Positions 1 to 10,226 of a stretch of 64,000 nt of DNA are shown one piece after another; within the stretch, counting starts at the first letter, position 1, and every line of letters starts with the position of its first letter. This stretch comes from an uncultured Verrucomicrobiae bacterium. Lineage in GTDB: Bacteria; Verrucomicrobiota; Verrucomicrobiia; Chthoniobacterales; Chthoniobacteraceae. The notes under the pieces were generated by a model. The model worked only from the letters and a program-made list of their open reading frames with translations. It was not told the origin of the DNA and did no database searches. A program made the position numbers and the translations under genes. The stretch covers positions 1 through 64,000 of the forward strand of contig CAWHEP010000006.1 in NCBI GenBank assembly GCA_963828525.1, read 5' to 3'.

Positions 1-2304
1 GACTTACACGTACGACATTCGTGGAATGGTGAACTCCGTCGCGCAGAGCTACGCGAATCCTTCGACCGGGCCGCCGACGCTGGTCGCCGCAGACTTTGAT
101 GCTTATGGGCAGATGAATCAGGAGACGGTCTCGGTGAATGGGACGGCGGTGAGCCAGTGGGGGCAATCGTGGAACAACGCGGGCCGGAGGACGGCGCTGA
201 ATTTCCAATTGGCGGCGTTGGGGTGGGCGCGGGAAGCCAGTATGGTTACGGGTATAACGCGGCGGGGTTGATGACGAGCGTGAGCAACGCGGGATCAAAC
301 TACGCGTTCACCTACGGAGACAACGCTCTGCTCCACGCAGCGCACTTCGCCTTGGCGCACGCAATCCATCACGCAGCGTGACAACCGGGGCCGCATCACG
401 GCTGAGAACACCGTCTCCGGCGGCGCCACTCAAATCAACGAGACACTGGCCTATCAGGCCGACTCGCGCCTGAGCAGCTATGCCGTGAGCGGAAACCTCA
501 TGACCGGGGAATACCGGAACTACAGCTACGACGCGAGAGGGCGGGTTCTCACCGAGCCTTTCAATCTCACCGGCTCGGCCAACCCTACCAACCTCCCGAA
601 CGGGCCGCAGACCGCCCAGTACAAGTTCGACGACAACGGCGGCGCCAGCACCGAGAACGGGATCGGCGTGCGCACCCTCCAGCAGGTCAATCAGTATGCG
701 GGCAATCAGGTGCTGGCGCAGAACAACTTCCAGCAGGCCACGGAGGAAGTGAATGGCGATGGAAACGTCACCTATCAGGCGGTCATCGCCTACGACGCGG
801 CAGGCGCGGTGAACAGCCGCACGGTTGCCTCTGGCCCGGCGCAAACCACGATTTGGGATGCGTGGGGCCATCTGGTGCAAGTCTCCCAACGCAACTCCGG
901 CGCCTCCGACTACGATTGGACCACCGTCTACGACGGCTTGGGCCGCCGTGTGCAAACCACCTGGCAGCCCATGAACGCGGGCGTGGCAAGCGGCGCCTCC
1001 TCAACCCTCACCTACCATTACGACCCGCAGGTCGAGTTCCTGGAGCTTGGCCTGAATAACAACGGCGACCGCACCTGGCGGGTATATGGCCCCGACCGCA
1101 GCGGCGTCTATGGAGGCGCGCAAGGCATTGGCGGCTTGGAGAATGAAGTGGACGAAAACGCCGGGTTCTCGAAAGTGCCGCTCAATAACTCGTTTGGCGA
1201 CGCCGTGGGCGAAACGTACGTGAGCGCCGGAGGCGCCGCCACGAGCACCTACAGCTACGGCCTCACTCTCGGCGGCTACGGCCCCGAGCCGGGAACCACG
1301 CTCAGCTTCCTCACGCCCGAGTGGCGTGGCAAATACGCGGATTGGACGGCTTCGTTTACATGGGCGCCCGCTACTACGAACCGAAGGGCGGCAGGTTCGT
1401 CAGCGCCGATCCGCTGGGTCACGGTGCGAGCATGAGCCTGTATGACTACTGCGCTGGAGATCCGGTCAATGGGCTAGATCCGGATGGGCGTTTCGGGAAA
1501 GCTGTTGCGAACTACATTTATGCGGGTGGACCGGCCTCTTCCGGTCTCAACTCGCTTTCGAGCTTATCCGATTCGCTCGCTGATTATGGCGTAAACCACG
1601 GAAATGGATTTTTGGCCGGCGTGGGTGGCGCCGGCTCCAGCCTGTTTGGAACCCTCGCCACGTTGAGTTCGCCTGAAGCAATAGCTAACGGAGTTTCGAG
1701 CAGCTATTCGGCGAACCTTGCAATGTTCGATGGCAGTCACTACGACGCGATCAACGCCACTTTCAATCCCGCGTATATGGGCATGGTGGGTTTCACTGAA
1801 GCAGGCACAGGTTCAGGGCTATCAGCAAGCAATTTTGGACAGCAATTGAACGGCTTGGAGCGAACACAGAGCTTCTTCCAGGGGGTGAGTGGGACGGCGG
1901 GAACGGTGTCGCTCGGTCTCGGCGGGGGGAGCCTTTATCGGCTCGGAATGAACGCCTTGACCTCAACTGCCGCAGAGAGCGTAGCGCCTGACATAGCTGC
2001 CACTTTTTCCGGTGGTAAATTCACCTCGACGGTGCTGCAAGACTCGATGACCGCCTATAGATATTCAGGGGGAGTATCGGGGGCGACAGGTCGGTTTTTA
2101 ACGACAGCGGATACCGTTAGCCAAATTTCATCGCCAGCAGCGGCTAGCATTGCCCTTAAGCTTCCGGTTGGAGCGACCGCTGAGGCACTGAATACATTTA
2201 CCATTCCAGCTGGCACCCGTATTTTTACTGGTGGTGTTGCTGGGGGCGCAGATACGGCCACTCAAATTTTCATCGAAAATCCCGGTGTCCTTATTCCTCA
2301 TTGA
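1..2304 (+). CDS. Rhs/YD-repeat protein, 3' part, with Rhs-associated core and C-terminal toxin (5' end outside window; about 3 frameshifts)
   Basis: YD-type repeats (YSYDARGR, YDAAG, YDGLGRR) across ORFs 26-271, 157-381 and 485-1435; core motif YMGARYYEPKGGRFVSADPLG...YDYCAGDPVNGLDPDG in ORF 1321-2304. Confidence 0.92.
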
Positions 2305-2675
2305 AAATGAATAGGTCGGAATTTATTAAACAACTCAGAGCCACTGCTGAGGAATTGAAGCCTCTAACACAAGCTGCCTCTGCCGGTGCGGCGACTTGGA
2401 ATGGCACGGAATACGTCAAAGGAGGGGAAAAGAAGCCTGATTCTCAGGCTATTGCGTGGTGGTCAACTCTTGTTGCCGTGGCAGAAATGATCGACTCCCA
2501 AGAAGTACCTCTCAGCGTTAAACAAATTGCTTATCTGGATCGTCTTTTATTTGGCGGCATGGGCAGTCTTAATGATCTTTATTTTGATCCAAAAGCTGTC
2601 GGTCCTGGCGCCGCCTTGCTCAACAAACGGCTCGATGAAAACCGACGTGCTTTGTTTGCTAGCTTCAAGAATTGA
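2301..2675 (+). CDS. Putative cognate immunity protein (DUF6966-like)
   Basis: Small ORF abutting the Rhs stop (TTG 2301 or ATG 2307); LFGGMGSLNDL motif recalled from DUF6966 proteins. Confidence 0.75.
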   Translation: MKMNRSEFIKQLRATAEELKPLTQAASAGAATWNGTEYVKGGEKKPDSQAIAWWSTLVAVAEMIDSQEVPLSVKQIAYLDRLLFGGMGSLNDLYFDPKAVGPGAALLNKRLDENRRALFASFKN

Positions 2676-2750
2676 CATTCTAACGCGGATGGAGACCGCG
2701 GGTCTTTTGGAGAACGGACGCCTTACCCCTAAGCAGGCTTAGGCGATATT

Positions 2751-2878
2751 TGTCGCAGCGCTGTCATAGGGTTGTCACGGGGATTGCGCGAGGGTTGTCA
2801 TGGTCGTGTAACAGCGGTTGTCGCAAGCCTGTGCGAACGAATGACTCGGGTGTCAGAGCGGTGTCGCGGGTTTGTTAA
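2751..2878. repeat. Degenerate direct-repeat array of TGTC-like motifs at ~11-bp spacing
   Basis: TGTC or variant motifs start at 2751, 2762, 2773, 2785, 2796, 2807, 2819, 2830, 2842, 2851, 2862 and 2873. Confidence 0.65.
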
Positions 2879-2927
2879 CGCCGCGACGCAAGAACCGGCT
2901 GGCCCGCCTGGGGCAAAAACTCAGTGC

Positions 2928-2947
2928 CCCTTCGACAAGCTCAGGGT
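2928..2947. repeat. REP-like short palindromic element CCCTTCGACAAGCTCAGGGT (single copy)
   Basis: Resembles a widespread REP-type motif from memory; CCCT...AGGG arms. Confidence 0.45.
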
Positions 2948-3111
2948 CATGCTTTTTGCTGCCGCCGCTCATGCCGGAAAAGTGTTCGGCGGCTCGCAAG
3001 GCCCGTGAAAAAGGAGAGCCTGTGCGCGCCGCCGAAGGCAGTGTTTACGCGCCCCCGGCGGTCCCTCATTGCCGGGAAGGCTAGAGAGAGCGGCTAAAGA
3101 GAAAAACAGTG

Positions 3112-3480
3112 TCAGCCAGGCTGCTGCAAAACCGTGTCGAGGAATTTGCTGACGAACTGCTGTTGAGTGCGAGGCAGGCGGCTGACCTGGTCAATCTGGC
3201 GTTGCAGCTTGGGCACCGGGCCTCGTTTGCCCGGCTCGGGTTCAACCTCAAGAAGTTCCGCGCTGGAAATGTTCAGGGCTTTGGCGAGCGGGGCGAGAAG
3301 TGAAACCGGGACGCGGCGACGCCCGATCTCGTAGGAAGCAATCACGGTCTGGCCGAGGCCGAGGGTCTCGCCCAGAGCGGTTTGCGTGAGGCCGCGCTGC
3401 TTGCGCAGCGTCGCGATACGCTGGCCGAGTTCTTGAAAGAAAACCGTCTCTTGGTCGGGTGTTGCCGTTTTCATACGCAT
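3112..3480 (-). CDS. XRE-family helix-turn-helix regulator
   Basis: LGQRIATLRKQRGLTQTALGETLGLGQTVIASYEIGRRR...KRGPVPKLQRQ; likely start ATG 3480 or 3474 inside the longer ORF 3112-4143. Confidence 0.9.
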   Translation of the reverse strand: MRMKTATPDQETVFFQELGQRIATLRKQRGLTQTALGETLGLGQTVIASYEIGRRRVPVSLLAPLAKALNISSAELLEVEPEPGKRGPVPKLQRQIDQVSRLPRTQQQFVSKFLDTVLQQPG

Positions 3481-3537
3481 GACAGAATAGCATACCGATA
3501 CGGCAAAACGGCATTGACTGCATTTAAATATGCCGTT

Positions 3538-3867
3538 ATGACATATCGTGTGAGCAGAAATAAAAACTTCGCAGACGGCTTGACAGCCTCCGCCAAAACG
3601 GGCGGCTATCCGAATGAAACCCTTCGCCTGATCGATGTCGCCGTTGACGCAGCCAAGGAGGCCGCGCACGCTTGCCGGAGCGAGGTGGCGAGGGAGCACT
3701 TCGAGTTCGCGCTGGCGTTGTTGCGGGAAAGCTGGATTGCGGAAAGCGGGCAGAACGCGAGGGGCGCGGAGAAGGTCATCGCCAATGTGAAATTGGGTCT
3801 GCGACTCGTCGCGGCAGTGTTCGAGAAGGAGGGGGCGCTGACATGGCCCGCATCCCTGCCGAACTGA
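3538..3867 (+). CDS. Hypothetical protein, divergent from the XRE gene, overlapping the primase start
   Basis: ORF with helical character between XRE and primase; start uncertain. Confidence 0.5.
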   Translation: MTYRVSRNKNFADGLTASAKTGGYPNETLRLIDVAVDAAKEAAHACRSEVAREHFEFALALLRESWIAESGQNARGAEKVIANVKLGLRLVAAVFEKEGALTWPASLPN

Positions 3868-4153
3868 TCGAGCGCATCGAGCGCAGAGGTGCGTGGCCGA
3901 CCTGTGCCGGGAATACGGCATCGAGTTGCAGCCCAAGGGAAAGGACCTCTTTGCGTGCTGCCCGTGGCACGAGGACCGGGAACCGTCGTTCTCGGTGACA
4001 CCGGGCAAGAACCTGTGGAACTGCCTGGCCGGGTGCGGTGGCGGCGACAACATCCAGTTGGTCATGCGGTGCGAGAAAATCAGCTTCCGTAAATTTCTGG
4101 GGGTCAGGCTGCATTTTGCGACAGCGGTAAAAGGTTCGGGCACTCTCTTTTGA
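3843..4153 (+). pseudogene. Truncated DNA primase (CHC2 zinc-finger only), frameshifted
   Basis: MARIPAELIERI... then ADLCREYGIELQPKGKDLFACCPWHEDREPSFSVTPGKNLWNCLAGCGGGDNIQLVMRCEKISF; no Toprim domain follows. Confidence 0.85.
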
Positions 4154-4197
4154 GGGATAGCGAGCAGGAGATAAGATTCATAAGCGTGGCTGGAAGA

Positions 4198-5862
4198 TCA
4201 CGGATTTGCATCGTCACCTTCAAACCCGTTTCTCGTCAAGAAGCTGGAATCTGGGCAGTCACCCGTCTCTTCCGCACCTGCCTCAGCCGATGATTGCTTG
4301 CCGCGTCTCATTCCCGCCAATCTCTCCAAAACGGCATCCATTCCAATTGCGATAACTACAAATCCGACCCACTCCACGGGCTGGATGTAATCTCCCTTTC
4401 GGTCTCCAACGGCGAATACGGTTACCAGATACAAAGCAACCGGCAGCCACAACATTGACGTTTTCGTAAAACGGCCCGGCAGGAGGCAGATCAGAAAAGA
4501 CAGGAATGCCAGGATGCCGAGCGATCCAGGCCGCAGACTCAGTCCGCCTCCTGTCAAGTCAGGCACTGCTTTCATCCAGCATATCCACGGCGCAAAGGCT
4601 TCCATGGCGCCGGCGATGCCGCCGCGACGCTTTGCCCGCGACTCGACCAGCGCGCCCAGACGCGCCTGATCCATTCCATAAAAAAGCTCCACGCGCGTCC
4701 GATCCCGATCCTTTGGCCACATGTCCGCCAGGTCTGCCTGCTCGTGGCGCCAAAACGCGGCGGGGACAAAACGCTCATCCACGGCGTCGCAGTTTCTGAG
4801 AGCTATTCCTATTTTCGCCAGGGTCAATTCCGCAAAGGCCGCGGGATGCAGCCGGATTCCCTCCAGCGCAAGGCTGGAACAAACCTTGTTGAACTCTTCG
4901 CCACGGTGTGAAAGCGACGCCCAAACCGGATCAATACTAGCCGGGTCTCCATCCCCGAGCGCCTTTTTGAAGTTTTTCTGCGTCCAGGCGTATTGCCCCT
5001 GATCCGCGCGGGCTTTCATCACGAGAGGCTTCAACGCCTCTCGGTACACTTGCCATTGGCCTCCCTCGAGATTAACCAGGGGCAGGGCGGAGTTCAGCAG
5101 CAGCCACGCGCCCTGCCGCTTTTCACCTGCCGTCAACATAAGCAGAAAAGCCAGCGCGATTGCCCCCGCGCACTTCATATCCCATCTGACCTTGTTCAGG
5201 TATGTCGTGAGCGCAACTGACAAAACGCAGCCCAGCCACAACCCTCGACCGTGCGGCTTCACCGCGGGGATGGCCGCGGCCGCCAACAGAAACCAGAACA
5301 AACCCCGTCCGGCCAGCACCCTTCGCGCCGGCGCCGCCATCGCCACCGTCAGTACAAACGCCGCCAGCATCACCGGCTCGCCGATTGCCTCGTGCTCGCA
5401 CCACAACATCTCTGGAAGGAACGCGCATGCCGCCGTCACCAGCGGCACCCATACGCGGCGGTGCTTTGTGGCGTGTCCCGTGATCCAACCGATCCCGAAC
5501 AACGTTGCCAGCCCCAGCAGATGCTGGATGATTGGCAGCGACCGAGCCGGGCTCACAGGCAGCGCCGGCAGCGGAAAGAGCAGCAGGGGATAAAGCCATC
5601 GGCGTTTGGCGTCGAAGGCAATATGATGCGAGGCCGACCATACCTTTGCGGCCGCCTGGAAATAAGACGGGCTGTCCGATCCGTAGTAGCACTCTGGGAT
5701 CGCCACCAAAAACGCCAGCCGGAGCGCCGCGCCAAGCAACAAACCCGGCAGGCAAAGAACCAAACATTCTCGCCACCCAAAGCGCGCCGGCGAGTGTGGC
5801 AACCTTTTGTCCCCGGGGCACTCGGGGATTGCCGCTCCATTGCCAGGTGTTAGCGCCCTCAC
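4198..5862 (-). CDS. Polytopic membrane protein, GT-C glycosyltransferase-like
   Basis: Many TM helices; LRL...DSPSY motif after the first TM; located next to other GT genes. Confidence 0.6.
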   Translation of the reverse strand: MRALTPGNGAAIPECPGDKRLPHSPARFGWRECLVLCLPGLLLGAALRLAFLVAIPECYYGSDSPSYFQAAAKVWSASHHIAFDAKRRWLYPLLLFPLPALPVSPARSLPIIQHLLGLATLFGIGWITGHATKHRRVWVPLVTAACAFLPEMLWCEHEAIGEPVMLAAFVLTVAMAAPARRVLAGRGLFWFLLAAAAIPAVKPHGRGLWLGCVLSVALTTYLNKVRWDMKCAGAIALAFLLMLTAGEKRQGAWLLLNSALPLVNLEGGQWQVYREALKPLVMKARADQGQYAWTQKNFKKALGDGDPASIDPVWASLSHRGEEFNKVCSSLALEGIRLHPAAFAELTLAKIGIALRNCDAVDERFVPAAFWRHEQADLADMWPKDRDRTRVELFYGMDQARLGALVESRAKRRGGIAGAMEAFAPWICWMKAVPDLTGGGLSLRPGSLGILAFLSFLICLLPGRFTKTSMLWLPVALYLVTVFAVGDRKGDYIQPVEWVGFVVIAIGMDAVLERLAGMRRGKQSSAEAGAEETGDCPDSSFLTRNGFEGDDANP

Positions 5863-5932
5863 CGCGCCATCCTAAACGGGTCGCGGACGACCGCGCAACT
5901 TGTCATTACTTTCCCTTCCCTCCGTGACAGCG

Positions 5933-7684
5933 TCACTTTGCAGGCAGGTTCGGCTTCGAGCGAGTGAGATCATAAATCGCGCCCCATTCCCCTTGTTCAA
6001 CCTGGGGACACTCCTGTTCCCACGGCTTCGGGGCATCCGGAGGGGGCGCATCGTCGCCGGATTCCTCCTTGTCGCCCCAGAAAAGGTAGCGCGCGCCCAG
6101 ACTGGCGGCTATTTGCCGCCAATCAGCATCCCCCCGCAGGAGCGCGGTCATCTTCTTTTGCTCCGCCTGGTAAGCGTAGCCATGACTCCAGAGATGGCCG
6201 GGATAGCCGAGAACCATCTTGCGACCCGCGAGCAAAATGGGGTGGTTATAAGTAGGGAATCCGGCGAAAACGGCTGAAACCGGGAGAGCGCGCGCCGCCT
6301 CCCGGGCCCCATCCAATTCGGAGCGCTTTGCCAGATCGTAGCCGGTGTGCGTTTTGTCGAGTCCGCCAGCCAGGGACACAAAGCCCGAAAAGAAAAGCGC
6401 CACGCAGGCAACACCTCTCAGCGCCACCGGCCACCGGCAGAGAACGTCTTCCCACAAGAAGGGAAGGAGAGCAACATAGCACCAGAGAATGATCTTGATG
6501 TTGTCCCAATCCCACGGCGCGAGGATCACAACGCAGGCGAAGAAGAAGATCAGCAGCGCAGGCGCCACGAAAGCGAACGCGGCGGAGTGGAGGTGAGCGG
6601 TTTTCTCTTTTCGAATCAACATCACAACGAGGATAAGCACCGCGGCGGGAAAGAGGCCGAAGTTGCTCCACCAGTAATCAAGGAATCCGGCGTCGCCCTG
6701 GGTCCAAAGGCCGGCCTTGAATGGATTGATGACGTGAATCATTGATCCCCCACTCGACAGGCCGCAGACCAGCCCGATCAATAGCGAAGCGGGCGCCAAA
6801 GACCATGCCACCAGAGCGGCGATAGAACGTCGTGTCCCGCGCCCCGTCACGAACCAAAAAGCAAGCAAAAGGGAGAGGAAGATAAATGTGTGGACATGGA
6901 AGAGCGGCATCGTCGAGTAGAGCCACACTTCGATCCAAACAGGCAAACCTTTACTCGCGTTCCAGAAGCGGGCCCGCCATGAAATCAAGAGAGCCAAGCC
7001 AGCGGGTAGGGCGTAGAGCAGGCTTCTTTGCGTCACCAGCACAGCGAGTGGGAGACTCTTCCAGGCGAGATCTTTCTGGAAATCCGCAAGCCCGTGGGTC
7101 TGCAAGATGGCGAACCCAGCAACGCCGCCATTGAACAGAAAGCCAGCCAACCCGAACGCGCCACCCCATTTATAGAGCGCGTATCCGCTGGCGAGGCAGC
7201 CCAACAGGCCCACCCAGATGAGGCTCCTGTAGACATCCATTCCGCAAAGCACGAGCAGACTATTGAAGAGATCTACACCTATGGGGTAGTGCAGACTGTG
7301 TCCGGCAAATATGGGTTCGTCGGGCCAAAAATGCGCGCCGTTAGCCAGGTATTGGATGTAAGTGAGGTGAATGGCGGCATCGCCAAGATTGTTAGGCGAA
7401 AGAACCTTGATGTCGTCGTCGTTGAAAAAGATCAACCAGCAGAACGCCCGTAACGAAAATAGAACAAAGCAGAGGATCGGGAACAACTGCCAGCCTTTCG
7501 GGAAATCCGAAGCATCGGCAGCGGCTCCCTTGTTTGCGCCCCAAGCGACGACACCTAGAAGCGCGCCACACGCGAGAGCCGCATCAGCGATTGGTGGGGC
7601 GAGCCCTCCGCGCAGGAATGCCAGCCCGACCCCCGACAACACCGCCACCGAAAAGGCGACGAGGGCGGCGGCCAAAACTCTCAT
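5933..7684 (-). CDS. Polytopic membrane protein, GT-C-like
   Basis: GDAAIH...YP motif, many TM helices, soluble C-terminal domain; overlaps the stop of the upstream gene. Confidence 0.6.
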   Translation of the reverse strand: MRVLAAALVAFSVAVLSGVGLAFLRGGLAPPIADAALACGALLGVVAWGANKGAAADASDFPKGWQLFPILCFVLFSLRAFCWLIFFNDDDIKVLSPNNLGDAAIHLTYIQYLANGAHFWPDEPIFAGHSLHYPIGVDLFNSLLVLCGMDVYRSLIWVGLLGCLASGYALYKWGGAFGLAGFLFNGGVAGFAILQTHGLADFQKDLAWKSLPLAVLVTQRSLLYALPAGLALLISWRARFWNASKGLPVWIEVWLYSTMPLFHVHTFIFLSLLLAFWFVTGRGTRRSIAALVAWSLAPASLLIGLVCGLSSGGSMIHVINPFKAGLWTQGDAGFLDYWWSNFGLFPAAVLILVVMLIRKEKTAHLHSAAFAFVAPALLIFFFACVVILAPWDWDNIKIILWCYVALLPFLWEDVLCRWPVALRGVACVALFFSGFVSLAGGLDKTHTGYDLAKRSELDGAREAARALPVSAVFAGFPTYNHPILLAGRKMVLGYPGHLWSHGYAYQAEQKKMTALLRGDADWRQIAASLGARYLFWGDKEESGDDAPPPDAPKPWEQECPQVEQGEWGAIYDLTRSKPNLPAK

Positions 7685-9363
7685 GGCTTGGCCGCGCGTT
7701 TCGCGCCGCCCGGCGAAGCCCCGCCCCGCGCGGCATTGTGTTTCGCGCTTGCGGGACTGGAGACGGGGGCGAGGTCTGCCGGCTCGCCAAGATCAGGTTC
7801 GAAATCAGGTTCGCGATCCGGGAACACAGATTCGAATCTCTCGTAGCTGAAATACAGCTTGGAGGGATCCTGGCCGTCGCGCAATTGGAAATCTACGGTG
7901 AAATAGTTCTCCTTGAGTGCTTTCTCCACCTCATCTACCCGGGCATTCTCTACGATCAGAAAATCGGCATCGAACTTCTCGGGGTTCATTTTTTCGGTGA
8001 AGTATCCGATGTTCGGGAAGTCCCCCAAGACCCAGGGGAGGGGATGATAGCTGGAGAGAAGAATGTTCCCTTTCATCTGGTAAGCTGTGGGTTCTTTTGA
8101 AACCAGCTTATCGAGCGGCACGGTGAGCTTATACAGATCGTTTAGCGTCTGGACGTACACGTATTTTTCGCGGGGATCAACGTAGTGGAAGAAGTTCAGG
8201 CGGATGGAAATCCACGCGGAAATTAAGACAAGGGCGGCTGCCACGCCGGGCGCCACGAACTTCCGACCGGGTGACGTGCCGCTGTGAAGTAACACGCCAA
8301 GGTCGTCCACAAGTCCCCCGCAAAGGAAGAAGAACGGCCACAGCAGGGAAGCCACGCACCAGGGAGTCTTGTATCGAACGATGCTATACGCGGCGAGCGC
8401 CCCGCAGCCATAAACCGCGATGAAACGCAGGAGCCTGTCGCTTTTCGGGAGCGCATAGCGGAGCGACCACGCCACGCCGAGCAGAGCGGGGATTTCGTAA
8501 ATCCAGAAAAGTGTGAGCCAGTAGCTCCACGCCTTTTCATGCCCATGGCCGTCCTTGCCGGTTTTAAACCATTCACCGTAGGTTTTCAGCAGGCCCTTCA
8601 GTGAGGAGAAATCCAGAAAACACCCTGAGTAGAAAAAAAGGATCACGCCACAGGAAGACAGGAAAACAATCAGGAGGTCGCGTCCGCTCCAGCGTTGCTG
8701 GGCGAGAGGCGGTGAAAGGGAGGGGGAGATCGGTTCTAGCCAGAGGAGGGAGAGCGCCGCAAGCAGAAAACAGCCCACATGGATGATGTATGTCTCCTTT
8801 GTCAGAACCATGCCGGTCAGGCCGATCCCCAAGCGCCACAGGCTTGAGACGCCCCCTGATTTCCAGAGACCTGCCAGTCCTATGAGGGCCAGGATCAGGA
8901 AGAAAACCAGCCAAGCCTCGTGAATCGCGTAGCGGGTGTAGAAAACTTCTCCTGGCGAGATGGCCATAGCCAGCGCGGCGAAAAAGCAAATTCGGCGATC
9001 CAGGTATTCATCGAATCGCGTTACGAGATACACCGTGGCGATGCTGACAAACACAATCGGCAGGCGCAGCGCCCAGATGTGCCGCCCGAGGAGCGTCTGA
9101 AAGAGGAAAAGCACATAAAAGTGAAGCGGACCATGGTAATTCGATGGGTCGTAATGGTAGAACCCGGTCTTTGTAATCTGATCCACAAACCAGCCATTTA
9201 CCCCTTCATCAAAGTGCGGTGGCTTCATCCCCAGAAAAAGGAGGCGCAGCACCGCCGCTAAGACCACCGGAATCCATGTCATGAGCCTTGAAGAGCGCGT
9301 TTCGCGCGGCGTGGCATCACGCGGACTGGCGCTGTAATAGGATGCTAGGCTTGCCCAACTCAT
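7681..9363 (-). CDS. PMT/GT39-like membrane glycosyltransferase (TIGR03663/Agl23-like)
   Basis: LRLLFLGMKPPHFDEG...YDPSNYHGP and KETY motifs. Confidence 0.8.
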   Translation of the reverse strand: MSWASLASYYSASPRDATPRETRSSRLMTWIPVVLAAVLRLLFLGMKPPHFDEGVNGWFVDQITKTGFYHYDPSNYHGPLHFYVLFLFQTLLGRHIWALRLPIVFVSIATVYLVTRFDEYLDRRICFFAALAMAISPGEVFYTRYAIHEAWLVFFLILALIGLAGLWKSGGVSSLWRLGIGLTGMVLTKETYIIHVGCFLLAALSLLWLEPISPSLSPPLAQQRWSGRDLLIVFLSSCGVILFFYSGCFLDFSSLKGLLKTYGEWFKTGKDGHGHEKAWSYWLTLFWIYEIPALLGVAWSLRYALPKSDRLLRFIAVYGCGALAAYSIVRYKTPWCVASLLWPFFFLCGGLVDDLGVLLHSGTSPGRKFVAPGVAAALVLISAWISIRLNFFHYVDPREKYVYVQTLNDLYKLTVPLDKLVSKEPTAYQMKGNILLSSYHPLPWVLGDFPNIGYFTEKMNPEKFDADFLIVENARVDEVEKALKENYFTVDFQLRDGQDPSKLYFSYERFESVFPDREPDFEPDLGEPADLAPVSSPASAKHNAARGGASPGGAKRAAKP

Positions 9364-9447
9364 GGATTTCTGGATGCTTGCGGAGGCATTTCTGGAAACA
9401 GCTGCTGTTTCCTCAAGGCCAGGAATAACTTAAATTCCCAGAGGCGA

Positions 9448-10218
9448 GTGAACCAAACCACCAACCACCCGGCAATCACCCTGGTAATACCCGCCTTCGA
9501 GGAGGCGCGTCGCCTGCCGGAGGCCCTTCGGAAACTCGAGCAGTTTCGAGCGACATTTGGAACGCCAATTGAGATAATTCTGGTTGTCGAAAAGAGCCAC
9601 GATGGAACGCTGGAATTAGCCGCCACGGCCGCATCTGGACAAGAACATTTTCGCGTCTTGGACAACAAGGTTCACCGAGGAAAAGGTTTCGCGGTGCGGA
9701 CCGGCATGCTGGCGGCCATGGGAAGCATTGTTTTCTACATGGACGCAGACCTGAGTGTGCCGCTGGCGGAGGTGGGAAGGTTTGTCACTTTTTTCGGGGA
9801 ACACCCAAACGTCGACGTTCTGGTGGGCAACCGCCAGCATTCCTCCAGCCGCATCGTCAAGCGGCAATCGCCCCTGCGCCAAAAAATGGGGCAAGCCTTC
9901 AACCGCCTGTTGCAGACGATGGCTCTGGTAAGCGTGCGCGATACGCAATGCGGTTTCAAGGCGTTCAGGCGGGAAGCCGCGCTGGAGATATTTCGTCGGC
10001 AGACGCTCGATGGGTTCGCTTTTGATGTAGAGATTCTCGTTTTGGCGGAGAAGCTTGGTTACCGTTGCGCGGATATGCCCGTGGAATGGCAAAATTCCCC
10101 GGAATCAAAGGTGCATATCGTGCGGCACAGCCTGGAGATGCTCCGGGATGCATTCAGGGTGCGGCGCATCGTCGAGGGTACCCTTCGCAAGGAAAGCACC
10201 CGGAGAACCACTGGATAG
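9448..10218 (+). CDS. Polyprenyl/dolichyl-phosphate glycosyltransferase (GT2)
   Basis: VIPAFEE, HRGKGFAVRTG, MDADLS, DTQCGFKAF, FAFDVEIL motifs. Confidence 0.9.
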   Translation: MNQTTNHPAITLVIPAFEEARRLPEALRKLEQFRATFGTPIEIILVVEKSHDGTLELAATAASGQEHFRVLDNKVHRGKGFAVRTGMLAAMGSIVFYMDADLSVPLAEVGRFVTFFGEHPNVDVLVGNRQHSSSRIVKRQSPLRQKMGQAFNRLLQTMALVSVRDTQCGFKAFRREAALEIFRRQTLDGFAFDVEILVLAEKLGYRCADMPVEWQNSPESKVHIVRHSLEMLRDAFRVRRIVEGTLRKESTRRTTG

Positions 10219-10226
10219 CCGCGCTC

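Noticed and set aside
2751..2878. CRISPR array
   Set aside because: Units are ~11 bp and degenerate, with no spacers and no cas genes in the window
4098..4125. REP-like GGGGTCAGG motif at the primase breakpoint
   Set aside because: Single degenerate copy with no partner or associated transposase in the window; too weak to call
3481..4143. Long N-terminal extension of the XRE protein
   Set aside because: It is antisense to the small ORF and primase fragment; XRE similarity begins at 3480
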